Below, piece by piece: positions 44,701 to 53,200 of a stretch of 64,000 bases of DNA. A model generated the notes under the pieces. It ran no database searches, was not told the DNA's origin, and worked only from the letters and a program-made list of their open reading frames with translations. A program made the position numbers and the translations under genes. Origin of the DNA: a bacterium (GTDB taxonomy: Bacteria > Acidobacteriota > Terriglobia > Terriglobales > Acidobacteriaceae); assembly GCA_026225095.1 (NCBI GenBank), contig JAMFSC010000072.1:383-64382 (forward strand), in the 5' to 3' direction. Position 1 is the stretch's first letter; the number at the start of each line of letters is the position of its first letter.

Positions 44701-45473
44701 ATCGAAGACCGGTTGTATTCATACAGCGAGCCATGGACCGTGTTGGTGCCGGATTTTGTGACCAGGTTCACCTGCCCACCTGAAGATCTGCCTGTGTCGG
44801 CGTTGGAGTTCGATGTGGTGACACGAAACTCTTCCGTGGCATCGAGCGTTGTACGCAATACACCTGTAAATGCCGCTGGAGCGATCTGATCATTATTATC
44901 CAGTCCATCGAGCGTGATGTTGGTCTGGTCCGCGCGCGCGCCACTCACCGCACCATTGCGGCTTTCGTTCGAGGTCGTCTTGCCAATGAACAGAACCCCC
45001 GGCTGGAGCGCAAGCAGGGTCTGTGGATTGCGCGCTTCGGATGGCAGCGCCATGATCGTCTCATTGTTGATCGCATTGCCGATCGACGCATCGGTCGTAT
45101 TGATCGTCTCCGCGGTACCCGAGACATCGACAGAGACCGTGTCGGAGCTGACCTGCAGGGTGGCGTTCACCGTCGCCGGCTGCGCGACCAACAGATTCGC
45201 CGATACGGTATACCGCCCAAACCCCGTCGCCGTGGCCGTGATCGTATAAGCTCCGGGGCTTAGTTGTTGGAAGGAGTACACACCTTGCGCGTTCGATGTG
45301 GATGTTGCTTTGAATCCAATCGAGTGATTTTCGATCGTGACCACTGCACCGCGAATCACGGCTCCGCTTGCGTCACTGATGGTTCCGTGCACACTTGTCG
45401 ACGCGTTTTGACCAAACGACAACGCTGCAACGCAGAAAAACAGGCAAAGAGCCGCGGTTCGTAGTAGGTGCAA
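41721..45473 (-). CDS. TonB-dependent receptor with an N-terminal carboxypeptidase-regulatory-like domain
   Basis: A signal peptide is followed by a CarboxypepD_reg-like block (GTISDASGAVIRGAVVTIEN...GVYSFQQLSPGAYTITA). A long beta-barrel follows, with a C-terminal aromatic residue (RIEF). The start is TTG, with GAGG upstream. Confidence 0.9.
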   Translation of the reverse strand: MHLLRTAALCLFFCVAALSFGQNASTSVHGTISDASGAVIRGAVVTIENHSIGFKATSTSNAQGVYSFQQLSPGAYTITATATGFGRYTVSANLLVAQPATVNATLQVSSDTVSVDVSGTAETINTTDASIGNAINNETIMALPSEARNPQTLLALQPGVLFIGKTTSNESRNGAVSGARADQTNITLDGLDNNDQIAPAAFTGVLRTTLDATEEFRVTTSNSNADTGRSSGGQVNLVTKSGTNTVHGSLYEYNRSSIGIANDWFNKSGQLQSGEANRPGKLVRNTYGVSLGGPLRKDKIFLFGNYEGNRQNESATVTRTVPTASLRAGNLQYYTNDGSVVTLMPSDVAAMDPNCSGNGTCPTGPGDNPASLALFKSYPLPNGTLSGDGLNTASYTFAAPAPVIQNVYITRLDFNPSDKHRFYVRASMQNDSDSSAMTALPQFPGLPSNKKSTDDSKGISGNYTWVPTSNTVNNLRYGFIRQSIATTGVGSGSYVTFRTLDTPTGMTRSTATIVPTHNLIDDYTWTKGKHTIQVGLNYRRFTYENQTDANSYSSGSSNAYWLLNAGISGLGGSLDPAAFGYAPVSDGSGTAAAFSSNYDFAASMLAGLVDEQTSQFNYTLSGGKTGNLLPQGGKVGRSFRTNEAEYYIQDTWRPISNLTITAGIRHSILQTPYETNGQQVQPTIDIHQWFQTRGQQAALGNSVQPEISFAPSGKVNGGKPLYPINWGNVAPRLAFVFSPITDEGTWMNKVFGGAGRSSIRAGFGIYYDHFGQGLVTNYSRAGSFSLSSSITNPASVQTVDNSPRFTGLHNLPGGLVPSAPSSISYPQTPSDDPTGTGFAITQGLDDHIKTPYSEVFNFSWQRELPGGFTFEADYVGRLGRHLLQQEDLAQPLDLVDPKGGMDYYTAGTMLSQAVDQGRTDVGAIAYWEDLFPDAKTSTMSATQNIYSNLWQYVRGNETAGLYNLDISCDPGCGGKTGRYWPLQYSSLYVTSSLGSSSYNAGQFILRHPMKHNVQLDISYTYSKSLDMGSDSESNPTNNSLYNYGFILDAFNPRKNYAVSDFNTKHLVTADWVLRLPVGTGQRYGGGAGHLANSVIGGWYFSGIARASSGLPFAISDGDGWSTNWEYEGYQVQTGPIKMRKHITSAGSPQAFDDPTAALKNLRDPYPGEAGERNKLVGDGYFNVDAGLHKNVAITERFRLHFAWEVFNVTNSVRFDSHQIDTGSTDGTQVGVYSGLLTQSRRMQLSGRIEF

Positions 45474-45574
45474 GGGGACCTCTATGCGATGCGATCAGGT
45501 TTTTCGTCCATGCGATTAAAGCTGCGACGCCAACGTGCAGATCCGCAGCTTAGGGGAGGCATAAGCGGTGTTTT

Positions 45575-45627
45575 AATAATTGATAAGTGGATTTTTGCAC
45601 ATCATTTATCTGTCTGCAATGTGCAAA
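45575..45627 (-). promoter_or_regulatory. AT-rich candidate operator region upstream of the receptor gene (Fur-box-like stretch plus 9-bp inverted repeat)
   Basis: AATAATTGATAAG lies at about 45575-45590. TTTGCACAT (45594-45602) and ATGTGCAAA (45619-45627) form a perfect inverted repeat with a 16-nt spacer. The region is 100-150 nt upstream of start 45473. Confidence 0.3.
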
Positions 45628-45772
45628 TCTGAAACGCGTCATCCCCATCAAAAATACTGTGGGCACACCGCCGTGCCGCTTCCAAGGAATTCGCAGGTTG
45701 GATAGGTCTGACTTTGGCGCTCACGGAGAGGGCTATGACGATAGCGTCCATAGCCATATGAACAAACCGCAC

Positions 45773-47104
45773 TCACTGGCCGGTCAGCGTATCTTCGAGT
45801 TCCTTTGCCCAGGCGGCGGCCGTTCCGCGCGCCTCTCGCTTTTCGCGAATCAGGCGAAGATTTCGCGCGGTGGTCTCGGGTTCCCACGGTTCGCGGATGC
45901 AGGGAAGCGCGCAGGAGAGAGCCTTGTAAGCATGGTCGCGATTCTCTTCGAGCACCGCAAGTTCAAGGAGAGTCGCATAGTCCCAGTAGTCGGGCTTAGC
46001 CCTTGCGATCTTGCGCTCGACGCTGTAACGGACGATCGGCAACAGTTCTTTCCTGCGCTCATCCGGCGGGTCCTGTAGCTCCATGAGGGTGACAACATTC
46101 ACCCCGGGGAACGCGTCGCGCCAGTCGGATTCAAATCCACGCAGATAGGTTTCGATCGCTTTGGTCAGATAGCCTGAGGCAAGGGCGGGTTTGCCAGCCT
46201 TGAGGGCGTCCTCCCACAGGTCCTTGTAGACTCTGCCGAGGAGGCCGCAGGTCTCGCTGCTGGGGCCGCGTTCGTCGATGAGCTTCTGCAGGACCGCCTC
46301 CGCTTCTGGTCGACGCTTAAGGCGATTGAGCGCAAACCCGAGCTGCTCCCTCACCATGACCGTATTGGCCAACGGCCTGGAGAAAGCATCCTTGATGAGG
46401 GCGACCATATCCTCCCATGCCGAAACGGCCCGGTACGAGAGCATGAGATCGATTGCGATGCCGGATTCCACCTCGGCGACATCGCCAAGGCCCCGCTGGA
46501 TCGCGCGGACGGCATCCACACCGGCCTTGCGGGCGGCCACGAGTTGTTCCTTGATGTCGGCCGAGTACTCGATCCGGTCGCGAAACACGTCGGTCTTGAG
46601 GTGTTCGATCAAGGGCTCCGGCAGACCGTCGAGGAGCTGGAAGATGGGACTGTCTTTGGACCCTTTGCGCGACTCCTCGATGAAGCGCACGATGATCTCC
46701 TGGGTGGACTTCACGGCGGCAGGATCGAGTGTGCCATCGGGCAGGAGCTTGTACGGAATGGTTCTGAGCATCTGGACGTCAAAGGGCAGCCTGACTCCTT
46801 CGGCCATGATCTGCACCGTGCTCTTGGACTTGAAAGCGTGGCGAACGCCGAGTTCATAGAAGACGTTGGCGTTGGCGGTGGTGAGGTCGGCCACGGCGAA
46901 GGGACAGAGCAGCAGGCGCTCGAACATGGGCTTGTGAATGATGCCGCCCGTGTTCTCCTCGTCCGCGCGGATGGGTTCGAGTTTCGCGTCGCGGATGGCG
47001 GGTGCGATCAGACCCGCGTAAACCTGGTCGAAGTCGATCAGGGTTCCGTCAGCAGAGGCTTTCTTGCCGAACGGCATCAGCACAAAACACAATGGCAACT
47101 TCAC
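45773..47104 (-). CDS. Two-domain protein: Rossmann-like N-terminal head (nucleoside 2-deoxyribosyltransferase/TIR-like by eye) fused to an ASK1/DUF4071-like helical-repeat module
   Basis: The N-terminus reads CFVLMPFGKK...IDFDQVY...CPFAVADLT...NVFYELGVRH. The C-terminal half aligns with the C-terminus of the upstream gene product. The GTG start overlaps the upstream stop (GTGA). Confidence 0.8.
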   Translation of the reverse strand: MKLPLCFVLMPFGKKASADGTLIDFDQVYAGLIAPAIRDAKLEPIRADEENTGGIIHKPMFERLLLCPFAVADLTTANANVFYELGVRHAFKSKSTVQIMAEGVRLPFDVQMLRTIPYKLLPDGTLDPAAVKSTQEIIVRFIEESRKGSKDSPIFQLLDGLPEPLIEHLKTDVFRDRIEYSADIKEQLVAARKAGVDAVRAIQRGLGDVAEVESGIAIDLMLSYRAVSAWEDMVALIKDAFSRPLANTVMVREQLGFALNRLKRRPEAEAVLQKLIDERGPSSETCGLLGRVYKDLWEDALKAGKPALASGYLTKAIETYLRGFESDWRDAFPGVNVVTLMELQDPPDERRKELLPIVRYSVERKIARAKPDYWDYATLLELAVLEENRDHAYKALSCALPCIREPWEPETTARNLRLIREKREARGTAAAWAKELEDTLTGQ

Positions 47105-48531
47105 GAGATGCCTCTTTCATAACAGTCCGCCATGGCCTTCACCTGCGATTCCGGCAGCTTCAGGTAACCGGCGAGTTGGAGTGCCTGCTCCTCCATCGAC
47201 TGGGCCTCCCATGGCTCCAATTGCTGAGCGGCGGCATCCTTGTGATGCTTGAGTCCCTCAGGAATTTGGCCCAGTATGAGCAGCGCATCCCCCTGCGTCG
47301 GCAAAACCCAATGGTTCTTTGCCGGATCCTTGGCGTGTCTGCAGTGATCGAGCACCGCCTCTGCCATCTTTTCTGCCGCGGGTCGATCGCCTGTTCCCAC
47401 CAGCACGAGGTATGCGAGATTGATGCCATGATAGTAGGCTTGATCGTGGTCTGGGCTGGACTTCCCGGTAGCCTGATTGTAGGCAGCTTGATAGAGCTCG
47501 ATGGCCTTGGTCAGATCGTCGCGCTTGCGATTGAACAACCAGCGGCGCTTGAATCGGCCGGCCAGTGTCCCGAGCGCGTCGGTTCCGGAGGGCTTGTGCG
47601 CCAGCAGGAGGCGCATCGCATCTTCGCGGCTGCCGGTCTGCTCGAGAGCGATGGCCAGAAGCACGGCCGCATGGTCGTCCAATCCGTCCGGAGGTGGCGA
47701 ATCCGGGCCATCACGACCGGGCCATAGTTGCCGAATCACATTGCGAAACCTGCCCAATTGAATGGATACATTCGCCGAGCTTTGCACTCCGATTGCGGCC
47801 TTGTCGCCAACGATCGACTGCACGAGGATCTGGACGCAGGAGTCGTTGGGCGACTTCGCGTCGAGCATGGTGATGTGGTTGCCGGGGATCACGCGCTGCG
47901 TCGAGCTTGGGAAATCGGCGAGAGACGAGCCTGGAGGCACAAACTGGTCCATCTCCCCGGCTACCGTCGTGAAGGTAAACTGAGGCACCGTATCAAGCTT
48001 CAACTTGTCCCATGCCGCCCTCAGGCGCGTGATGAAAGCTCCGCCTGCTTCCATGTTCTGGATCTGCCGCTTCCAGAAGAAGAGCGCCCTTGCCTTCACC
48101 AGGCCCTTGCTTGGTGTTCCAAAGAGCACCACATGAGAGGTACGCTTTCTGAGCGCGGCGTCGGTCACCAGGGCTTGCTGGACTACCAGTCCACCCATGC
48201 TGTGGGCGACGAATGCGACGGTCTCATAGTGTTTGATTTCTGGGTGCTCCGCGAGCTTGATTGCGATCTCTTCGAGCTTCGCGTCGGCGCTCCACAGTCC
48301 TACCAGATCAAAAAGCTTGGAGCTGTGGTAGCCGAATCCGCGAAGGTCCCAGTCCTGCAGTGCGTCCATCGGCTTTAGATAGGCGGGGATACTTCGCCAA
48401 GTCGTTCGTACGTCCCCTGTAAACCCGTGGACGAAGATGATGGCGGCCTTGTTTGCCTTGGCCCCAGGCGCAAGCTTCTGCGCGGTGTCTTTATTATTTT
48501 CATCGTTGCGAAAATCTATGAAATCCAGCAT
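47101..48531 (-). CDS. Two-domain protein: alpha/beta-hydrolase (lipase/esterase-like) head fused to an ASK1/DUF4071-like helical-repeat module
   Basis: IIFVHGFTGD is present, as is the nucleophile elbow FVAHSMGGLV. The C-terminal ~230 aa are paralogous to the C-terminus of the downstream gene product. The start is at the MLDFIDF methionine, with GAAGG upstream. Confidence 0.8.
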   Translation of the reverse strand: MLDFIDFRNDENNKDTAQKLAPGAKANKAAIIFVHGFTGDVRTTWRSIPAYLKPMDALQDWDLRGFGYHSSKLFDLVGLWSADAKLEEIAIKLAEHPEIKHYETVAFVAHSMGGLVVQQALVTDAALRKRTSHVVLFGTPSKGLVKARALFFWKRQIQNMEAGGAFITRLRAAWDKLKLDTVPQFTFTTVAGEMDQFVPPGSSLADFPSSTQRVIPGNHITMLDAKSPNDSCVQILVQSIVGDKAAIGVQSSANVSIQLGRFRNVIRQLWPGRDGPDSPPPDGLDDHAAVLLAIALEQTGSREDAMRLLLAHKPSGTDALGTLAGRFKRRWLFNRKRDDLTKAIELYQAAYNQATGKSSPDHDQAYYHGINLAYLVLVGTGDRPAAEKMAEAVLDHCRHAKDPAKNHWVLPTQGDALLILGQIPEGLKHHKDAAAQQLEPWEAQSMEEQALQLAGYLKLPESQVKAMADCYERGIS

Positions 48532-49093
48532 TGCGACACCTTCGATGTGAAGATAGAGACGCCCCCCGGGGGGTACAAGGCGTCGGGCGGAGAGCCCTGT
48601 CCGGACCACGGTAGTGTATAGTCTCCGCCTTGGCCGAGGTAGCATTTATTTGGTTGTTACTTTTCGAAGCTGCCTCTGGGCTGCGTAAGCGTTCTGAAGC
48701 ATGACCCCGCGTAGACATTCGACCAGTACGACCGTAGGGGCACTCGATGCGTTTTTTCAACCATGCACAAAGCATGCTAAAACATGGGCATTGAATAGTC
48801 GGGCTCTCGTCATTCCACGTTAGCCATCTCGCGAGTTGCTGAGCCCGAACTCAGCGCACAACGCCCCGAATCAGGGAGATGCAGGCCGGAGAAAAGCCCT
48901 GCCCGCCGGGTGTCCTCAAGATGCTGAGGGAACAATCGACTAGAAAGGGAGATCGCCCCAGATCGGGCGTGAGTTGGCAGGCGTCTCTCCTCGCCCTCAC
49001 TTTTTTGGCGAACTCATACAATATCTCTCCTTCCGATGCGTTAACACCTACAGAGACCCTAGACCTCCGCAGGGAGACAGAAGAGGATGCAGG

Positions 49094-49663
49094 ATGTCAA
49101 GCCAGGAATGGACGATTGCCGAGCAGGACCAGTTCATCGCCGAAGCATTGCAGCGCGATGAACCGCGTCTGCGAAGTTTCATCGGCAAAAGGGTCTTCGA
49201 TTCCGGCGACGCGGAGGATGTGCTTCAAGATGTGTTCTATGAGCTGATCCAGACCTATCGAATGATGAAGCCGGTAGAGAAGGTGACGGCCTGGCTCTTT
49301 CGAGTTGCGCGGAATCGCATTACCGACCTCTTCCGCAGGCAGCGGCCTGATTCTCTGAATGAGCCGATTGGAGGAGAGGCGGAGTCGGGTGTGCTGCTCG
49401 ATCTGCTGCCGTCAGACGACGATGGGCCGGATGCTGCCTACGCACGCAACCTACTCTTCGAATCACTGGATGAAGCACTCGAAGAGCTTCCCGAAGAGCA
49501 GCGCAATGTGTTCATCGCCCATGAACTGATGGGCAGGAGCTTCAAGGAGATCTCCGCTGAGTCAGGGATCAGTGTCAATACGCTTTTGTCGCGGAAGCGT
49601 TACGCGGTCTTGCACCTTCGAGAGCGCCTCCGCGAGATTCGGGAAGATTTTGTAAAGGAATGA
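49094..49663 (+). CDS. ECF-type RNA polymerase sigma-70 family factor
   Basis: Region 2 is present (DAEDVLQDVFYELI, WLFRVARNRITDLFRR). Region 4 is present (LPEEQRNVFIAHELMGRSFKEISAESGISVNTLLSRKRYA). Confidence 0.9.
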   Translation: MSSQEWTIAEQDQFIAEALQRDEPRLRSFIGKRVFDSGDAEDVLQDVFYELIQTYRMMKPVEKVTAWLFRVARNRITDLFRRQRPDSLNEPIGGEAESGVLLDLLPSDDDGPDAAYARNLLFESLDEALEELPEEQRNVFIAHELMGRSFKEISAESGISVNTLLSRKRYAVLHLRERLREIREDFVKE

Positions 49664-50037
49664 GGGACTCTGTGAGAAGTCATCGTGCACTGAAAACAAT
49701 AAGGGTTCTTGTCATCGTCATCGTCGCGGTTGTTGTCTTCGGCGAGGTTGTAATGCATCTTTGGAATTGGCTGATGCCGGGCATCTTCGGGCTGCGAGCC
49801 ATCACGTTTGTAGAAGCCCTGGGGCTCCTGCTCTTGAGCAAGATCCTGTTCGGGGGTATCCATCGTCACGGCGGCGGACACCGGGGCTGGAAGCGCCATA
49901 TGGAAGACCGCTGGTCCAGGATGACTCCGGAAGAGCGAGAGCGCTTTCGCTCGGGAATGCGCGGCAGGCGTGGCTGCGGGTTTGGCCCATTGAGCCCGGA
50001 GGAGCAACCTCGTACCGAGCAGGTTCCGGCCCGGTGA
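49660..50037 (+). CDS. Small two-TM membrane protein with a His/Gly/Arg-rich tail (candidate sigma-factor partner)
   Basis: An ATGA overlap joins it to the sigma gene. Two hydrophobic helices are followed by HRHGGGHRGWKRHMEDRWSRMTPEERERF. Confidence 0.65.
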   Translation: MRDSVRSHRALKTIRVLVIVIVAVVVFGEVVMHLWNWLMPGIFGLRAITFVEALGLLLLSKILFGGIHRHGGGHRGWKRHMEDRWSRMTPEERERFRSGMRGRRGCGFGPLSPEEQPRTEQVPAR

Positions 50038-50069
50038 CGGCGGTCGGTGCGTACTGGCAGGTGGAGACC

Positions 50070-50255
50070 ATGATGCCTTTGAATCATTCGCAAACTTTGA
50101 ATTCTTCGACGCCGGAACAGTTTGATGCTTCACTCGGCGAACTTGTGGCCGAGTTGCAGCGGGAGAACATGCACCTGCAGCGTCTTGTCTCCGAGCTTTT
50201 GCTCAAGAACCAACAACTTCGCAGCGAAGAGCGCCTGCGCAAGGCTACGATGTAA
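50070..50255 (+). CDS. Small (61 aa) predicted coiled-coil protein
   Basis: The ATG is preceded by GGAG at 50063-50066. A heptad-like segment is present (LGELVAELQRENMHLQRLVSELLLKNQQLRSEE). There is no family assignment. Confidence 0.4.
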   Translation: MMPLNHSQTLNSSTPEQFDASLGELVAELQRENMHLQRLVSELLLKNQQLRSEERLRKATM

Positions 50256-50299
50256 TCTTGTTTGGGCGTTGGGTGCGTCGTCGGGGCATGGAGCTCGGC

Positions 50300-53200
50300 T
50301 CAGACCCTGACGATCGGGGTATCGCGCATCAGGCCAAGACGGGCCTGGCAGAAGTATTCGAAACGGATGCCAAAGGTGCGGCGTGTCTGACTCCAGTAGC
50401 GCTGGAAACGTGGACTGCGCGCCCAGCGCATAAACATGATCGCCCAGCCACGATTATCCGGATGTTCCCAGAAGTCATCAAGCCGAAGGTCCATGAAGAC
50501 ATCTTCCATGAGTTGGGTGAGCTCTAGCGCCATGCACAGTTCTTCGCTGGCCTGATGTGGGTTGCCGGCGCTCGGCGGTACGACCGCGATCGGTGGATGG
50601 ATGTGCATGAGCTCATCGACAAAGCCATGCAGTGCGGGTGACTTACGGAACTGCTCCCACATTCGTTCGAGCGTTTGGGTATGCCTCAGAAAGGCCTCGC
50701 CGGTCGTGCGCGCCGGAGCAATCACATCCGCCAGCTTCACCGCCACGTCGACCGCGGAGCTACCCGGCTGGTTGCCACGCAGTGAGTGCCGAACGACGTG
50801 CTGGCCAAGCTTCCGATAGCTTTCGAACTGATCTTCCGAGAAGAACTGGTTCGCAGTCGTCTCATGCGGGAAGGTGGGGTGAACGGAGCGATACTGCGCG
50901 ACGCCTACATCCTCGTCTCCGGAGACCGACGCCTTGAGATAGATGAGGTAGCCGATGCTGCCATTGCTGTACTTGATGGTGCCTACAGCGCAGTGCGCGA
51001 GGCTGAAACCATCCTTCTGGTCACGAATGCTCTTCACGTCGATGTCGATAACTGCACCGAAGTCCGTTGCACAGATTCGCACAAGATTGCCCAAACCCCC
51101 AAATTGCAGGAGCTCGTCACACTCCGCGTCGCATGCGATGATGACCTTGCAGCGGCGGCGGATGAGTTCGTACACTCCGAGGTTTTCGAAGTGGCCGCCG
51201 TCAGAGACATTGAGGAACATCCGCGTCTCGTCTGCGGTTCCGAGCAGCTCCTTGGTCAGATAGTAAAGGCTAAAGCTCAGGCCGCTCTTGTTCCACGCGC
51301 GCTTGTGTCCTGGGTTCGGGAACCACCAGCCGAGGCGCACGTTGAACATGGTCAGCAGGAAAGCGACCAGCGGGTTGGTGTTGTAGCCCATGTTGGGGCT
51401 GGCCGCAGCGCCCGATATGGCTACTGCCTGGCCCAGCTTGACGCCCCCGGCGAAGCTCGCCTTGGCTGTGCGCGGTGTGGGGCCGCCGGTCGGTGCGAAG
51501 CCCACCTTTGCGCGGTCGGCTCCGCAGTGCAAGGGGGTCAAGGTGAAGGATGCACTGTGCCGGCTGTGGAGTACAAGATCCGAACTTCCGGCGAGATTCA
51601 AGGTGCAATTGAAGATCGGAAACGGGCCGCGGTACTGATATCTGAGACTGCTGAGTGGAAGGTCGTCGTTGAAGTCGAACTTGGTAAAGGGATGCGGCTT
51701 GCGCAGACCTGGAGCCCAACGGGTCGCCCCCAGATAGCAGCGCACCAAACGATTGCGGTAGAACTGGCTAAGGCCGAAGATGTTAATCTCGAAGAACCAC
51801 GAGAACAACAGTCCAACCGCGATGACGACGACGCAGGTGCCGAGGAACTTCAGGCGGTCCATATCGTTCAGCGTCGTCCAGTACTCCGCGTCAGGCGAAT
51901 CACTAGTGGCGAAGTAAAGCAGGAAAAAATGGAGAGCGGAGGCCGCACCAATGACCGCTCCAAGGATGAACAGCAGGCCACCGACCCGCGCAAGAATCTC
52001 GAGTCCAAGCTTCTTGCCGGGCGATCCATCCCCCGCGGTTTTGCTGCTATTGCCGGCGAAGAGCCCGGCAACGACCGTGCCCATCCACGTAGCGATGGAG
52101 CCCCATCTTACGGTCGAGTACTCCATGGAAAAGAGATAGGTCGTCAGCATCGGACCGAAGATTGCTACGGCCGTAAGCACGAGGCCGAGCGCACAGTAGA
52201 TCATCAGCCATGCCCCGAATCTCGTCCACCACTCGCGTTGGGCTTCGTTGGAATTACGGCCAGATAGACCGATGAAGATGACCACACTCACAATGAAGGC
52301 GCCGAGCACAAGCGCCGGCCCAAAGACGAACGCATACGATCCATAGCGGCCAGGGTCGGGGCTCACCCAGTGGAGGAAGAGGTAGAGGATGGCGCAAACC
52401 AGAAGATAGAGGACCGCGAGGCAGAGGGTGCCGATCCAGAGGGCTCGCAAGAGGCGTTCACCGTAAGGATGGGCTCTGACGGTGGCCAATCTGACGCGAT
52501 TGAGGAATCGGTCGGCCAGGCTCATGTGACATGGCTTGCTCCACTCCGCAGCCTGCGTGGCGGCTGCGACCTGTTCTCTCAAGGCCTCCAGTTGGGCGAC
52601 CCCTTCAAGCGTTACCCTTGGGCCTGCAGCCTCCGCCTTCGAGAGTTCTTTCGCCAGCTTCTTCGCAGCCTTCGCCTTTGCGTCTGCATCGAGCGCAGCG
52701 TAGAGTTTCTTTTCCAGATTCTTCGCAGGCTCGATGTAGGCAGGTGGCAGATGCGGCTTCAGAGCGAACCACCCGATCAGCAACATCCCTCCGAGATGGA
52801 GGGCCAGCAGTGGCAACATGGTCGAAGCGGCCTTCTGGAGGACGTAGGAGAATGCGTGATATTGCTCAGGCGGCCCCCCGCTCCAGACCGGACCCCGCGC
52901 ATCATGCCAAAGCATACTCGCGATGATGAAGGAACCGATCCAGGATGGAAGCACGGCCAGCCAGCGGATCAGGCTCGCCTGGGGCGAAGCCTTCCCGGTC
53001 TCCACGCGGTTGCCGATGAAGTTGTAGATCAACGTGATCAACACCAGCAATGACATGGCAAAAGCAATCAGCCCAACCCAGGGATGGCTTGCCTGCCGAG
53101 ACAAGGCAAGGAAGACCATTTGGCCGACGAGCGCAGACAGAAGCAGCGCGAAAAGCCAGATGAGCCCCGTGAGTTGAATAAGAAAGGTATTGCGGATCCA

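Noticed and set aside
50786-52267. A 493-aa plus-strand ORF (and several shorter ones) inside the giant patatin gene
   Set aside because: They are antisense to a continuous 1532-aa ORF that carries ordered patatin motifs and TM helices. I recognise no motifs in them.
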